A stretch of DNA of 63,595 nt, the filler included, from Intoshia linei (taxonomy: Eukaryota; Animalia; Orthonectida): the NCBI GenBank assembly GCA_001642005.1. It is 5 parts of 5 records of this genome, joined end to end, with 100 filler letters (N's around TTAATTAATTAA, not from the genome) between each part and the next. Parts side by side here need not be neighbours in the genome. Positions count along the whole stretch, not along the records: positions 1 to 27,955 come from LWCA01000427.1; 4 more parts are not named here. One strand, given 5' to 3'. The position numbers and the translations under genes are program-made. The notes under the pieces were generated by a model. It was not told the DNA's origin and ran no database searches. It saw nothing but the letters and a program-made list of their open reading frames with translations. Of this stretch, positions 13,601 to 26,577 are shown piece after piece; position 1 is the stretch's first letter, and the number at the start of each line of letters is the position of its first letter.

Positions 13601-16600
13601 TTGATATTTAGTGTAGAGAATGGGCCTAATATTTTAAGATTCTAGTCCAGGGGTACTCAGACCTTGTTCACCACGGACCCATAATTTACTATAAAATTTG
13701 ATACGGACCACTAAAACGAAATTACTAGGAAAAAATTAAAAAATTAGATTAATATAAATTTAATAATTACAATATTTAATTGTTATTCGTATTTCTATTT
13801 TCAAAAATATTTTTCGCGGAGCGGCATTTGGGAACCGAAGGTCTAGTCTATATTTTATATTTAAGAGTTGACTGATAAACCAACAAAATAAAATTAATGA
13901 AAAGTAAAATTCTTTACTCAAGTAAATTTAATACGCGGCAAATTTTAAAACATGAAAATATCGTCCTCTGTTGGCTTATACTTGTTGGTTTTGATACGAT
14001 TTAAATACGATATTTATTTATTTTTATTTATATATATATATTATTATATATATTTAATTTTATTTTTTAGACCATTTTATTGAACAATAACAAAATTTCT
14101 TCACTTAGTAAAGTTCCGCTAACGTTTCCTACATCATCATTAAAAAATCTAACCCTCTCCGGAAATTTTATACCGAAATTATCTGAGGTATTTATTATAT
14201 AGAAATTTTGATTTGACATGATTACTATTTATAAATCTTTCAAAAATTTTAGAAAATTATTTTTATATTTTATTAAACTTTTTTGTTTACAAAATACCAT
14301 TATCATCTACTATCCAATTGATAGAATTTAGCGATTATAAACTTTGTTCAATGAAAATTTTGAATGATTTGATCAATAATGTCTGATTTGAAAGTGGATC
14401 TGATAAATTTAAGTGTTATAGTGAATATTAAAATTTTTTTCTAGCATTAGATTAATAAATTTTATTTTAGTTAACTTTCCTGTCCTGCTTAGTCAATTTA
14501 AAAGAACTTACATTGTTTGATAACCCAATATATTTTACAGAGTAATTTTTTTTAATTCCGTTTACTAGTACATTCTATTTGGTGCGATTTCATGATAACC
14601 CATAATTCTAATCTGCTGTTTCTAAACCTTTTTTCTTTTCAAGCAAATAACAAAATAGTAAATATTTTATATCTGTCAGGGAGCTGATAAAAATATGTAA
14701 TGGTGTGTATGATTTTGCAAGGAAAAACTACAAATTAAAATATAAAGTTGTTTCGGTATCAAAAATAAAAAAACTAATACAACTGATCCTACTTTAATGG
14801 TAAATAAATGGTAAATGGTAAATAGAGTTCACTTTTAATTATTCGCGGAGCACACATGAATTTTGCTTGGAAGCACCGGAAAGCACTAGTCTACTAATTG
14901 ATTTGTAATATAGGTTGTATTATTTTAGGTCTATATACCGCATAAATGGATTTGTACACAATTTTTGTAAAAATATTAAAGTCTTTGATTATATGAATAT
15001 TAAAAATCCACCTCCTTCAAAAATTTTTAACGAATCTACACACTCAAAATTCTTAAACTCGAGAAATCGATTGAATCAAACTGAAATCGTCGAAAATGTG
15101 TGTGTTTCTGATGTAATTGATGGAGAAATTGAATCTATCGAAAGGTATTAATTATTAAATTATTTAAAACTTAGTTAAAAGGTATACTATATAGTAGATA
15201 AAATGTATGACTTAATTAACTTTTATTAACGAAATATAGAAGGAAATTCTTTCTGGGAATTATACAATGTTTACATGAAATTATCTGACAACTAATATTA
15301 TTTAAAGTGTTAATCTAATGCAAGGTGCACAATCTACGGCTGTGGACAGTAAATATGATTGTATAAAATTTCAAGGGTAATATAAAATTTTTGACTTTGC
15401 CGAGCTTTTCTAATTAATTAAAACTTGCTGATATTAAAATTTAAAGAAACTATTTTATTAGATTTAAACTTTAGGTCCAAAGTAAAGATTTAAAGTTGAT
15501 AGTAGGAATACTGATCTTTACTGAGCACTGGTTCGCAATAATGGAAGAATCGACCTCTAAGGGCCGATTCAAGTTTTTCATACAATATAAAATGGACAAT
15601 TATAGTAGGGCTGTTCAAAAAATAATTTTTGAATTTTTATATTTGACCAATATTACAAAAACCCCTTTTTATGGAAAAAAACGCCCTGTGAGGTTAAATA
15701 TTTTATTTTTTCACTCCAATTGACTATGTTTTAATGGGTCGAACATTAATCGTATCCATGTTTAAAATAAAAAAGGGGGAAAATTGCGCGAAAACCTTAA
15801 AAAGAAAAACCACTTAATGTTTTTACGGTAAATTTTTCTAAAAATATTTTTTTAGGGGTTTTTAAGTACCCTCTTCAGCGTGGTATAGGGTATTTTCAAC
15901 AAAAATCAATATTTGTAGAAACGAACAACAGTAGATGTTCATTGATTACTTTTTTTAAAGATTCAATATAAATTGATATAGTGAGTGTCAAACTTATTTT
16001 GCAGCGTCCACCCTACACGAGCAAAAAAATTATTAGAAAACACATTTAAGTTATTTATTAAGTGTTTAATGTCGCAGAATATTATAATTATAATACCTGA
16101 AAAAAATTGGGCATATTTAATCTACATTGTTCATCTGAATTGTTTATAAAAATTTTCCATTTGGTGTCTATCCTTTTTTTTAAATTAAAATATCTTGTGG
16201 TAAACTGTGATTCATTAAACTGTGCTTACCAAAGAGGTCCGTACGGACCTCTTGTGGACCACTAATTAGAATGGGGATCTGTGCAAATTTTTAAATTTTA
16301 CTTTTCTTATATATGTACATGTTTATTTGAGTGTCAAAATTGTTAAAGATGTATGTATATCTGAGAAGACCTGAATTAAACTTAATATAGATACATTAGG
16401 GTGTCTTTTTTTTAAAATTGAGACGTGTAGTAAAAATATCAATTAAAATTATTCCATTTAAAGAATGCCGTTTAAATTTTATAAAATTAATTAATATTGA
16501 ATTCGCGGTGAGCAGTTAAAGTTTCACTTATAATGAAGCTATATGTAATAATAATAATTTTACCTTTTATCCATATTGTTAAAACGTTATATTTATCTAT

Positions 16601-19600
16601 GCGCATTTATTTAGTTATGATATTTCATATAATTATATTATTGATCTATATAAGACAAATAACTAAACGAAACATCGATTTTTTTGTAAATAAAATGTTT
16701 AAAATACAGAAACCTCGTTAACCAGAACTTAAATGTAATTTCAATAATGTGAGTTCATTTATATTTCAAAAATTATGTTATTTTTGGCCATAATCATCAT
16801 TTCGAGAAAATTTTTTAGTTTTAACTGAGTTCAAGGTACCAGGTTTCACAGTATCATATTTTTATATTTGATAAACTAACAACTTTCTGAATTTCTTCTT
16901 ACTTTTTTAATAATATTCGTGCTTTTTGAAATACAAATAATGTTCTTTCAGCTGTATCATTTACAGAGGAACCCTGTTGAACCTCGTCCATATTTGCTTC
17001 AAGATAATCTTGGTGTAGCATAAATTTTGTCAAAGAAAATTCAACAATTCGAGACATTGTTAAAGTTATTGTTTTCAGAATATTCCATCTTTTAATCATT
17101 TCACCTGGTTTTAAAAGTTTAATATTGATGTCGATCTTTTTAGAATCAAAATAAACCACAACATTTGAAACATCATTTACTATTGTTTTAAATATTTTAT
17201 AATCTTCATTTCTTTGAAAATTTCTTTTTTTTTGATTGTTTTCACTGAGATACACCAGCAAATCTGCAGCTCCACGGAGTGAAACATTTTTTTTTATCAC
17301 ATGACCGCCATGAATATTTTTGTTTTAGGTTAGAAAAATCAAAATAAACACTATCATCATCTGTAAAATACATTGAGTCTTTGTTAGAATGTATATGAGT
17401 GTAATATGAGTTTTTATAATTTTTTCTGTCCATTTGTTTTTTTTTGATATTTAATAAATTTTCTAATTGATTCCAATTATGGATGATTTATAGTAGTGGA
17501 TGCCATTAAACTAATTGCCATGATTTTGACAATTAAGGAATTCACTATCCTCAAAATGTGTCTTAGATTGATCATCTTTTGCGACTGAAATAATATTATC
17601 TAAATGATTACGATATACTTGAGCTCTAAGTAATGTTTGACTTCGTAGAATATTTCGATATTTATCAAACAATTTTTTGATTTTACATTTAATTATAATT
17701 AATGATATTATATTTAAACCAGTTTTAATATAAATGGAAAGATACTCTTTCGATACTTGTTGAAATCGGCGTACCTTCTTTGTTTCTTTTAACAATAATA
17801 ACCTCTTTAAATACATTTCTTACTGTAGGTATTTCCTATTATTGAAATTAAATGAAATATAATTTTCAATGATAATGTTTCCATTTCTTTGAAACATTTT
17901 AAAATAATTAAAAAATACATTAGTATGAAATATAACTTTTTTACATTATAAATGTTAAAACGTGCACTGCGAATTCGTTTATGATTATTTTTATAATTTT
18001 TTTACGGCTATATGCCTAAAAAAAATATTTTTATTCAGTTTAAATTTACATTTTTATCAAAAAAAAAAAAGTTAACACCCTAAGGTACATAGGTTTTGTC
18101 AATATTTTCAGATTAATAACAAAGAAATAAAAATAACCCATAAAATCAAAGAGTTAGCCTTATGATATTAGTGCGATACAAATCCCAAACAACCTAAACC
18201 TTGTTATTACAGGCCATAATGATTAGCTTATTAGTTTGAGTTATTTATTAGCTAGTCTGGTTAAATTTTAATTCGAGACACCAGTACCGTATAAAGAACC
18301 ACATACCCAACCTACTACATATATGTATATCGTATACTGTATATTGAAATGAATCAATTTTTTTAATTTGAATTATTTTTATAAATATTATAATTACAAT
18401 GATAATTTAGATTTCATATCTAGACTCGTGATTTTATTGAAATTGACTAAATATCTTGTAGTAAAACTTTTTTTAATCAAATTAAAATTTTAAACAATAA
18501 TCGATTTATTAATGGTTAAATTATTTTGAGAAAATGTATTTTATAATTATACATTATATTTTGTTGATTATAAACTTGTAACCAAACATTAAAATGTACA
18601 TTTTTTATTTTACGTTTATTAGAAAATATCATTGCTTGATAATCCCCAAATTGACACGTAAAAATCGATAATTTACATTGAAAAAATGAAATATTGATTT
18701 AATATAAATAAGCCGGTATCTTAATCAATTTTTATAAAAATATAATATTGACGGACTCTATTCACGTTTCTAATTTTATTATTATAAACAAAAATTGCAA
18801 GTCTGTTTATGTTTTATTGATTAAATTCATTTCTTGTCTTGATTCTCATATTTCAATTGTTGAATTTTCATATTTCGGATATTCAATTAATGATCATGTG
18901 TATATTTTTGTGAATTTCACATTTTGGAATTAATACATACACTTTATATACATTGAAAAATATATAAATAACAAATCGAAAATTTAATTATTAGTGTATC
19001 AATGAAACCAAAGCTTAATTATCAAAATCGACAGTCATTGCCACACATTTTGCCTCGAAAGCTAGTATATTTGTTAAATAAATCTATTAATTAATCTTTA
19101 GAATCAATTAATATTGAACAAAGGTTAATTTTTTTCACCATTGTATTGTTTAAAATAATTGAATCATTTTGTATTAATTCATTATTTTCATTACAATACT
19201 GATAAATTTAATACAATTTTTTGGTTGTATGGATATTGTATACAATAATATGCCGGTTAAATAATATTTAGATTTTGGAAAAAATAAAGATATGAATAAA
19301 AAGGCTGCTGGTAATTTTTAAAACCAATATATTTTAACTATATGGATACTTTAGATGATTTTAAAAGTATAGCAAATTCAAGTATGCTAGATTCGAATTC
19401 AGTTTATTTGCCGGTCAATGGGATTGAAAATTTGACGGATACTAAAGTTGCTAAAAAGGCAAATTTGACTTTTAGTTTGAAACGTAAACCAGTTAAAATT
19501 GATAAAATTAACAAAATTGCTTGGGACAATTTTAATTATACTGATAAGCAGCACGGTGCAGCTAAAATAATTCAAGCTGCATGGAGAGGCTACTTTACTA

Positions 19601-20589
19601 GAAAACAAAATGGGCAGGTTCTAAAATTTCGAAATTATCAAAAACAAAAGCGTATTTTCGATTACATTAATTACCTGTGTTCAGCGATTAAAAAGTATAC
19701 AGATCTTTATAATCGAGAGAGAAAAATGCGAATTTTACAAACGCATGCCATCAAAAAATTGTGGACTCAGGTTGCTAAACTTAAATTATGGCGCCAACAA
19801 GTTGATGAATCAAAGAAAAATTGTTCAGATGGTGCAATTCCTATCGATACTCAATCAGATTTTAGTTGTTCTAAAACAATGGATAGTGATTTGCTTAAAA
19901 ATTCACAAACTATTACCAATTTAAATGACAATCATAAGTTTTTAGAAATTAAAGTGTCGGAATTGGAAAAAAAGTTTTTCAAACTCGAACAATTGCATAA
20001 TGTAAAATTGAATTTCACGGACCATGATGGCACTGATAAAAATTATATTAAATGTATAGAATTGAAAATTCAAGAGTATGGATTTTTGGATAACTATATT
20101 ATTCTATCATGGACCAAGGAACCTAGTCAAGATTCTTTTTCACAGTTTATTATTTATGTCAACAAAGTTAAACACACTACTTTACCTTCTTCGCAATGTT
20201 GCGCTATCGTTTATATTAATGATGAAGATTATTATACTTTTAGCGTTTCTTTGTTTGTTGACAATGTTGAAGTTAATAATAGCAATTTGGTTAATTTTAA
20301 AAAGAGTCATGTTTTGAATCAAGGTTTAAATACACTTGATGCTGAAAATACCTCTTCTGATGTTATGTCCTTGGGGTATAACCAACCCATTGTATTGTCA
20401 GAATCTGAAAGTAGTGTCAATTCGAGGGAAACTAAAATGAAACAAAAATCTCTCTCTAATGTTTCTATTAGGGAATTTAATTCTTCGTCAGTTTCAGATA
20501 CTGCCATTTATCGGATTAATTCTAAACCTAAAATTGATAGACTAAGGACTCATTCTGAACGCTGCATTGAAAGTCTTCAACCAATGTAA
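7640..20589 (+). CDS. CEP97: Centrosomal protein of 97 kDa (LRR + IQ); may extend to a stop near 23116
   Basis: LRR exons lie at ~7640, 7969, 9579, 10310, 14071 (TILLNNNKISSLSKVPLTFPTSSLKNLTLSGN), 14471 (LTFLSCLVNLKELTLFDNP) and 14929 (GFVHNFCKNIKVFD). The large exon has IQ motif AAKIIQAAWRGYFTRKQN followed by KKLWTQVAKLKLWRQQ, matching CEP97 LQACWRGFYAR...FLWNQVRSLQVWQQ. Confidence 0.9.
8169..9183. mobile_element. hAT MITE with internal minisatellite in a CEP97 intron
   Basis: TIR CAGGGATGCACAAC / GTTGTGCATCCCTG with a perfect 8-bp TSD CAATAGAC (8161-8168 and 9184-9191). Interior 8434-8850 resembles the MITE at 21081. Confidence 0.92.
10563..13626 (-). mobile_element. Decayed DDD/E DNA transposon, probably Sola-type, in a CEP97 intron
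   Basis: Termini GGCCCATTCT / AGAATGGGCC with a 4-bp TSD TAAT. Frameshifted transposase pieces read FCKLRP...CKCMIHEN, MDFAMAY...QNEIQAGLW...QVNIF, WSDGPYGEFKN and WRFFATRHGKGVVNGIGG. The superfamily call rests on the 4-bp TSD and recalled motifs. Confidence 0.75.
13648..13840. mobile_element. Short hAT (Charlie-like) MITE
   Basis: CAGGGGTACTCA ... TTGGGAACCGAAG, flanked by TTCTAGTC / GTCTAGTC (7 of 8 TSD match). Confidence 0.65.
16397..18082 (-). mobile_element. Deleted hATm-type transposon in a CEP97 intron
   Basis: Termini TAGGGTGT / ACACCCTA with 8-bp TSD AGATACAT / AGGTACAT. ORF remnants 16899-17816 include VNDTAER (catalytic E region). The same end sequence recurs at 28615, ~53006 and ~58114. 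Confidence 0.8.
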
Positions 20590-21080
20590 TTTATTTTTTA
20601 TTGTTTTTAGAGGAGTTTTATTGGTAGGTTCTATTAATTGATTACTTTTTAGTAGTCTTTACACTTCTATACGTTTGTACTTGTATAATTAGTTTTTTTA
20701 CCCAACTTTTAAATATTTTGAAGATAATGTTGAGATTAAAATTTGGTAAGGTTTTTAAGGGAAGTTTTTTTTTACCCAACTTTTAAATAATTTGAAGATA
20801 ATGTTGGTCCCAAGATGTGGTACAATTTTTAAGAGAGCAGTTTTTAAATATTTTCAATATAATTTATCAATCAAAATTTTGAAGGGTATTTAAGGGAATA
20901 TTTTCAACATTTTAAGGCATTTTGAAAATCTTAAAATAATTATTAATGTATATAACAGTGTGATGTTCAAAAAAATTCAACATTCTTTCTATCTCTGGGA
21001 TATTTTTACTTCGACCGATAGATAAATTCAAAAAGTCATGATTAAAAAAAATTAGTTACTTTTAAATTAATTAGTTAGGG

Positions 21081-21434
21081 CAGTGCTTCTCATGGGGGTG
21101 ACTGGCACCACCAAGGGTTGAATATTTTTATGAGAGGGTGAATACTAAAATTTTAGATGATTGGGGTGAATAGGCGGTGAATGATAAATTTTTAACATAT
21201 TTTATTCAATTTAGTCAAATATGTGAAAAAACCAAAATTTTACCAACCCTTAAAGAAAAAATCCAATTTTACCAAACTTTGAGATAAAAATGCCTCTATC
21301 AGATTCAAAATCAAAAAATCCAATTTTTGCCAACCCTTAAGGAAATAATCCTTTTTTACCAATATTTTTTTGAAAAATCCAATTATACCAAACTTGTGAA
21401 TGGGTGAATGCTCAAAAAGGTTTGAGAAGCACTG
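21081..21434. mobile_element. hAT Charlie-like MITE with internal ~30-bp repeats
   Basis: TIR CAGTGCTTCTCA / TGAGAAGCACTG with TSD AGTTAGGG / AGTTAGTG. Confidence 0.88.
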
Positions 21435-22394
21435 AGTTAGTGTTATTAAAATTATTATTGACGAAAATGGCAAAACCCGAGACCCGGATTCGGTGGTAAG
21501 GGTGCTCGACACCATTTTTCCAAATGAGCATTAAAAAAATTCAACGTTTTTGCAAAACTCTGGTTTTATTTAATTTTTATAAATGTTAATTTTTTTCAAA
21601 AAGTCGCATGCGGCTTTAAGATAACACTTTTCCATTACTAGACTATATTATAACATTATATTAATATCATTTAGAAGTTGTACCAGAAAACCGACTTTAT
21701 TGTTTAAAAAACAATCTACTTTAAAAAACAAGGTAAAATATATGTTTTTATAAAATGTATAACATTTATAATTAAAAGTATTCCTTTAATTTTTTTTACT
21801 AATGTGTCAACTTATTCGAAAATCCTGCTTTTTAGAAAAATAATATCTTATCAGTAATAAAATTTCTATAAAAGTTTATAGGTTACTAAAGTGTTTGCCC
21901 TACTTATCAGTGGTAAAGTGTAACCAATATTACCCCTATTGGTTTAGCTCTTATTTCAATTAGTGCAGAAATACATTACCCGATACCGTTTCGGGTGTGG
22001 ATTGACGAAATTTTTGTAAAATAATTTTTCCAAATTAAGCATTAAATAAATTCTATTATTTAATGTCATAACCAGAAAATTTTTAAATTTCGTAATAGTT
22101 GGTTCTGCAATTTTTCAGTTATAAATTGGGTTTGTATGGACCACTTTTATCATTAATCGACTTGAATTTTAAATGAATATCAACACATCATATATTGAAA
22201 ATAAGAAATAATGTTGTGTAACAATTCAATGTTTTAGTTTTATTGTTGTCAAACGAGAAATATGATATTAATTATTAATAATAATAATAAATTATTTTAT
22301 CATTTTTTGGGTCCATTAACAAAAAGTTGTAAATGTTACTGATCTGATCATACCATGCGGTTTCTAAAAAATTAAATTATAATAATCAAAGATG

Positions 22395-22600
22395 TTACCA
22401 GAATGTCTAGTTTTATTACCAGCAAAATTAAAAAATTGGTATATTTTGGTAAAATACATTATTGCAGAGTTGTCAGATGTTGGGATTTTATCCTAAAGTC
22501 TAAACAACCGCTACATTATTATTTTTAAAATCCCACTTTTATCCCACTATTAATAAAATTTAATAATTGTAATAAAAATACCATTTCATTTTAAATACAT
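22395..22600. repeat. Dispersed repeat; second copy at ~40580-40790
   Basis: Both copies share accagcaaaattaaaaaatt...acattattgcagagttgtcagatgt...gctacattattattt...cccacttt. Confidence 0.75.
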
Positions 22601-23450
22601 ACTGCATACATACTATTTTAAAATGCCCTTCTTTACATTTTAAAAATTTTACAAAAAATTGAATTTTACTGACTCTTAGGCTTTAAGTTAGGGTAAAATC
22701 TTCTTTTCCTACATTTTTTTGAAAACTTTGATTTTACCAAACCTTACGAGAAAAAATTCTTAATCCAACCACAAAATAAAAAACCAAAAATTTTTAAACT
22801 AAACCATTTTTTAGTAGAAAACATTAGAAAATAATATTCTAAGATACTCTGATAATTAAAACATCACATTTTATTTGGTACCGTCACTATCTTATACCTT
22901 GTTGCCATTCTGAATTATTTTTTAAAAATGTATTCTTTATTTTTAAATTGTTTCGTTATTTTTAATTGTTATTATGTATTCTTTTTTAGCACAAAATGGA
23001 AACTAGAAATCCGATATCCAAGGTATTTTAATCGAATATGAATAATTCCTTATCTTGTTTAGTCTCCTCGTTATATAGATTTTAAAAGAAAATTTACCAG
23101 AGAAATAAAATTTTGATTTTGTATTTTCATATTGTAAACAATCATGTTTTTACTCAAAAAATGTTTTTTTTTTCGTGGGTTGGTAAATTTAGTTTATTTT
23201 ATTATTTGGATCTGTACGTTTCATATTGCGAGACCATATTCTTTAAATACATCAAAATAATTCCACGTCTCGACAGTAAAAAAGTTCGACAAAGCTATTA
23301 TTTTCTAGGTTTTATCTATCATTTCTCAAGTGAATTCAAACTAATAATAAAAAAGCCATTAAACTGAAGTAGAGTAAGGTAGTAAGTAAGTAAGAGTAAG
23401 TAAGGAATAAAATGAACAAATAAACTTGATACCGATATGTCTAAACAGCC

Positions 23451-23784
23451 GTGTCCGTTCACAATATCGTAAATCACATGATCGAAAATCAAAAGATCGT
23501 ATTTATTTTGTTAAAGTTTAAATTAAATAATTCATTAACTAGTTCATTTAATTTAGATTACAGACCTAAGTTAAAACTGAAATATTACTAATTAATTTTT
23601 TATCTACAAACCATATTACAAAAAACAATAAAAATATTCTATGGTGTTCACACCAGAGAGTATTTTTTATCCAATTCAATTTATTATATTTAGTTTAGTT
23701 ATGAAGTTTATTTTTTTACGATCTTTTGATTTAAGATCAAAAAACTACGATCATATGATTTTACGATCTTTTGATAGAGCGCCC
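23451..23784. mobile_element. MULE-like MITE upstream of the BubR1/Mad3 gene
   Basis: Imperfect ~50-bp TIRs (atcgtaaatcacatgatcg...atcaaaagatcgta versus tacgatcttttgat...cgatcatatgattttacgat) flanked by TAAACAGCC / TAAACAGCG (8 of 9 TSD match). Confidence 0.7.
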
Positions 23785-24073
23785 TAAACAGCGCCGGTGG
23801 CTCACTCGAAATTTCGAATGATTTTTCATGAACCATGACGTTAATATAAAATTAATATTGTACATTATTTTGAATTTGGATAAAAATTCTAACCAAATTG
23901 CACATTAAGAGTTGTACAATGTCCAGTAGACATAATCCATTACCGATCCTGCATCGAAAGTTTATAGATTTGAATTAAGTTTCATTAAAATTAAATATTT
24001 TGCATTTCATGACATTTTATCTTCATTCATTACCTCAACGACTAAAAATAAATTGAAATTAAAAATTGGCGCA

Positions 24074-26418
24074 ATGAATGAAAATTGGGATATAAACAAG
24101 GAAAATATTGAACCATTAAAACGAGGAAGAGATGCAAATTGTCTAGCAAAATCATTAAATTATTATTTGCCTGAAAATCTTGAGAAAAAATTGGAATTAA
24201 TTTTAGAAAAACAGTATACTTTTAGTTTATAAATTTCAAATTAAAAATTGCAGTAAATATGAGAATGAACTTAAAGCAAGTGAAATTGATGTAAATTATG
24301 TTGATCCTTTGAATGCTTGGTATCGGTATATTGATTGGTTTGAACAGTCGGCTTTTGCGACCAATTGTTTGGAAATTATTAATTTATTGGAACAAGCTAC
24401 ATTCAAGTTTGTTAATGTTGAAAAATATAACAATGACGATCGATACATTTCTCTCTGGCAGCGTTTGGTTTATTTTTATATTTTTTCATTAACAATCATT
24501 TACAGGAATCCTGGATCAGGGAAAACTTAAACTTAAATGTCTTTATCAGTGGTTCCCGATTCTAATAGTGTACGAATCCCCATTTCAAAATATTTATTTT
24601 TTTGGACACAAAGAAAGTCTGAAATATTTAAAAAATTTATGAAAAAATTGAAGGCTTTTCTCATAAGATTGGGTAAAATAGGATTTTTATTTTGAGGTTG
24701 CAATAAGAGGTTTTTCTGATAAGATTTGGTGAAATTGTGTTTTTCAAAAAAATATCGGTAAAAGTCGATTTTACCCTGAGGGTTTAAAATTTTATTTTTT
24801 ATTAAATTTTATTGATGATGCGGAAAAGTGAGATTTTAGAAATAATAATGTACAGGTCGTCTAGGCTTTAGGATAAATTGCCAACATCTATAATATATAT
24901 TAAAAATTCTCCTATAAAAATAAACAAAAGTTGATAAATTTTTTTTATACTTTATTTAAACCTTACGGACCCAGGAATAGTTTTGGACCCAATTTGTCCA
25001 GGAACCCCAATCGGGAACCACTGGTATAAATATAAAAGTTTTCTTTACAGTATTGTCTATAAAGCGGATGATTTTTTTAATAATCGAAAAATGTGACTCG
25101 GAATATTTTAAAAGTAAACATTTTGTATTTAACATTTGTAAATTATAGTTTTTGAGAAAAATTACCGTTTATTAGATGTACAGAATATGAAAAAAATTGA
25201 AAAATTTTTGTATCCATATAAAAATATTTGAAAAATCCCTGTAAGCCCAGTTAGATCACTACCACAGGGTTTATCTGTAACTATCACATTGAAATTACCG
25301 ATTATTTATAAAATTATTATAATTTATGTACATTAAATTATTGATAATTTTTATTTCGTCGTAGATTCAATTTTATGATGACAAATTGGACGCGATAAAT
25401 TACATGTTTAGTAAAAATATTGGAAAAAAACGTTACTTATTTTACTCAATTTTAATTGAAATTTATCAAAAAATGAGAGAATACAAATTGGCACTACAAG
25501 TAGCATATCGTGCAGAAAGAGAACAAGCAGAACCCAAAGAAATTGTACAGCAGATATTAATGTTGATCAAATGTATATGCATTTAATTTAAACTAGAAAA
25601 TGTAAAAAAGATGCAAATGTTACGAGCATTGATAAACCAAAAAATGTTGATATAAAAATAAAGGCTAGTATTTTTAGTTCATCGAAAAAAGCCTATACAT
25701 TGGACAATGACGCGAACAAATTTAACATTTACAAGGATGAGAATGTTGATCCAGATTCAGTTTCACATGTATTAAATGAAAATGCTAAATGGACTCATGC
25801 GCCAAATTACATTTCCGATAATGTGGAAAATCGGGTTGTTCATGAAAAATTTAAATTTAATGTAAATGTTTCAATTTCATGTGTTGTTGATAATGCCTTT
25901 TAGAATAATTCTAAACCCAATACAACTGATACGAATGATAAAGATTTGAATATTTTTGTAGATAATACTGAAAAATGCGCAGATGAGTAAAACTTTACCA
26001 AATAATTTGAATAATTAACAAAATTTAGCTCTAGTCCTAAACCTCACAAGAAAGTAAAATCTGTTTTCAGGTATATTTTAACTAAAAATTGTTTGTTTAA
26101 TTTTTTTCCTATTTACATTTTTACTGAAATTAGAAAACACAAGGAGTCAAATTATGCTTTTAATCAATCAATATTTGTTATGCCCAAAATTTTATCCACC
26201 AAAACTCCAGTATTAGCCATCCAAAACTTGTTTTTAAATATGGCAAACCAAGATTTTTGTTTGATAGAAATTCGTGCTTTAGCCTATCAAATTTATTCAA
26301 TGCGAAATTGTTAATAAAGTATTTATTTATTTTCAAAATTTTGTTAGCTAAATTACTTATCATTAGTAATGATTCGAGTGAAACGTTTCTAATAAAGGGG
26401 CAATTAATAAATAATTAA
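24074..26418 (+). CDS. BUB1B: BubR1/Mad3-like spindle checkpoint protein without kinase domain (7-8 exons; stop at 26314 or 26418)
   Basis: Starts MNENWDINKENIEPLKRGR (KEN1). TPR region has DPLNAWYRYIDW and KYNNDDRYISLW. ABBA-like FNIYKDE and LNIFVD and GLEBS-like DFCLIEIRA follow. A stop comes shortly after and a convergent gene ends at 26578. Confidence 0.88.
24547..25023. mobile_element. hAT MITE in BubR1/Mad3 intron 2
   Basis: Perfect 15-bp TIR CAGTGGTTCCCGATT / AATCGGGAACCACTG; the TSD is degenerate. Confidence 0.8.
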
Positions 26419-26577
26419 TGAATTCCATTATAATATTATATAAGTTTTAATTTGGTAAAATTTACATAATATATATATTAATGTATTATATTAAATATAT
26501 GTTATTTTTTTATGTGGCAAGTTAAAGCATTTAATTTTTAAAATATTGTCAATATCTAAATTTTTAATTTTAGACAA

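Noticed and set aside
15606-16015. TAGGG...CCCTA-bounded segment as another hATm MITE
   Set aside because: The ends match only over 5-7 bp and no target-site duplication is visible.
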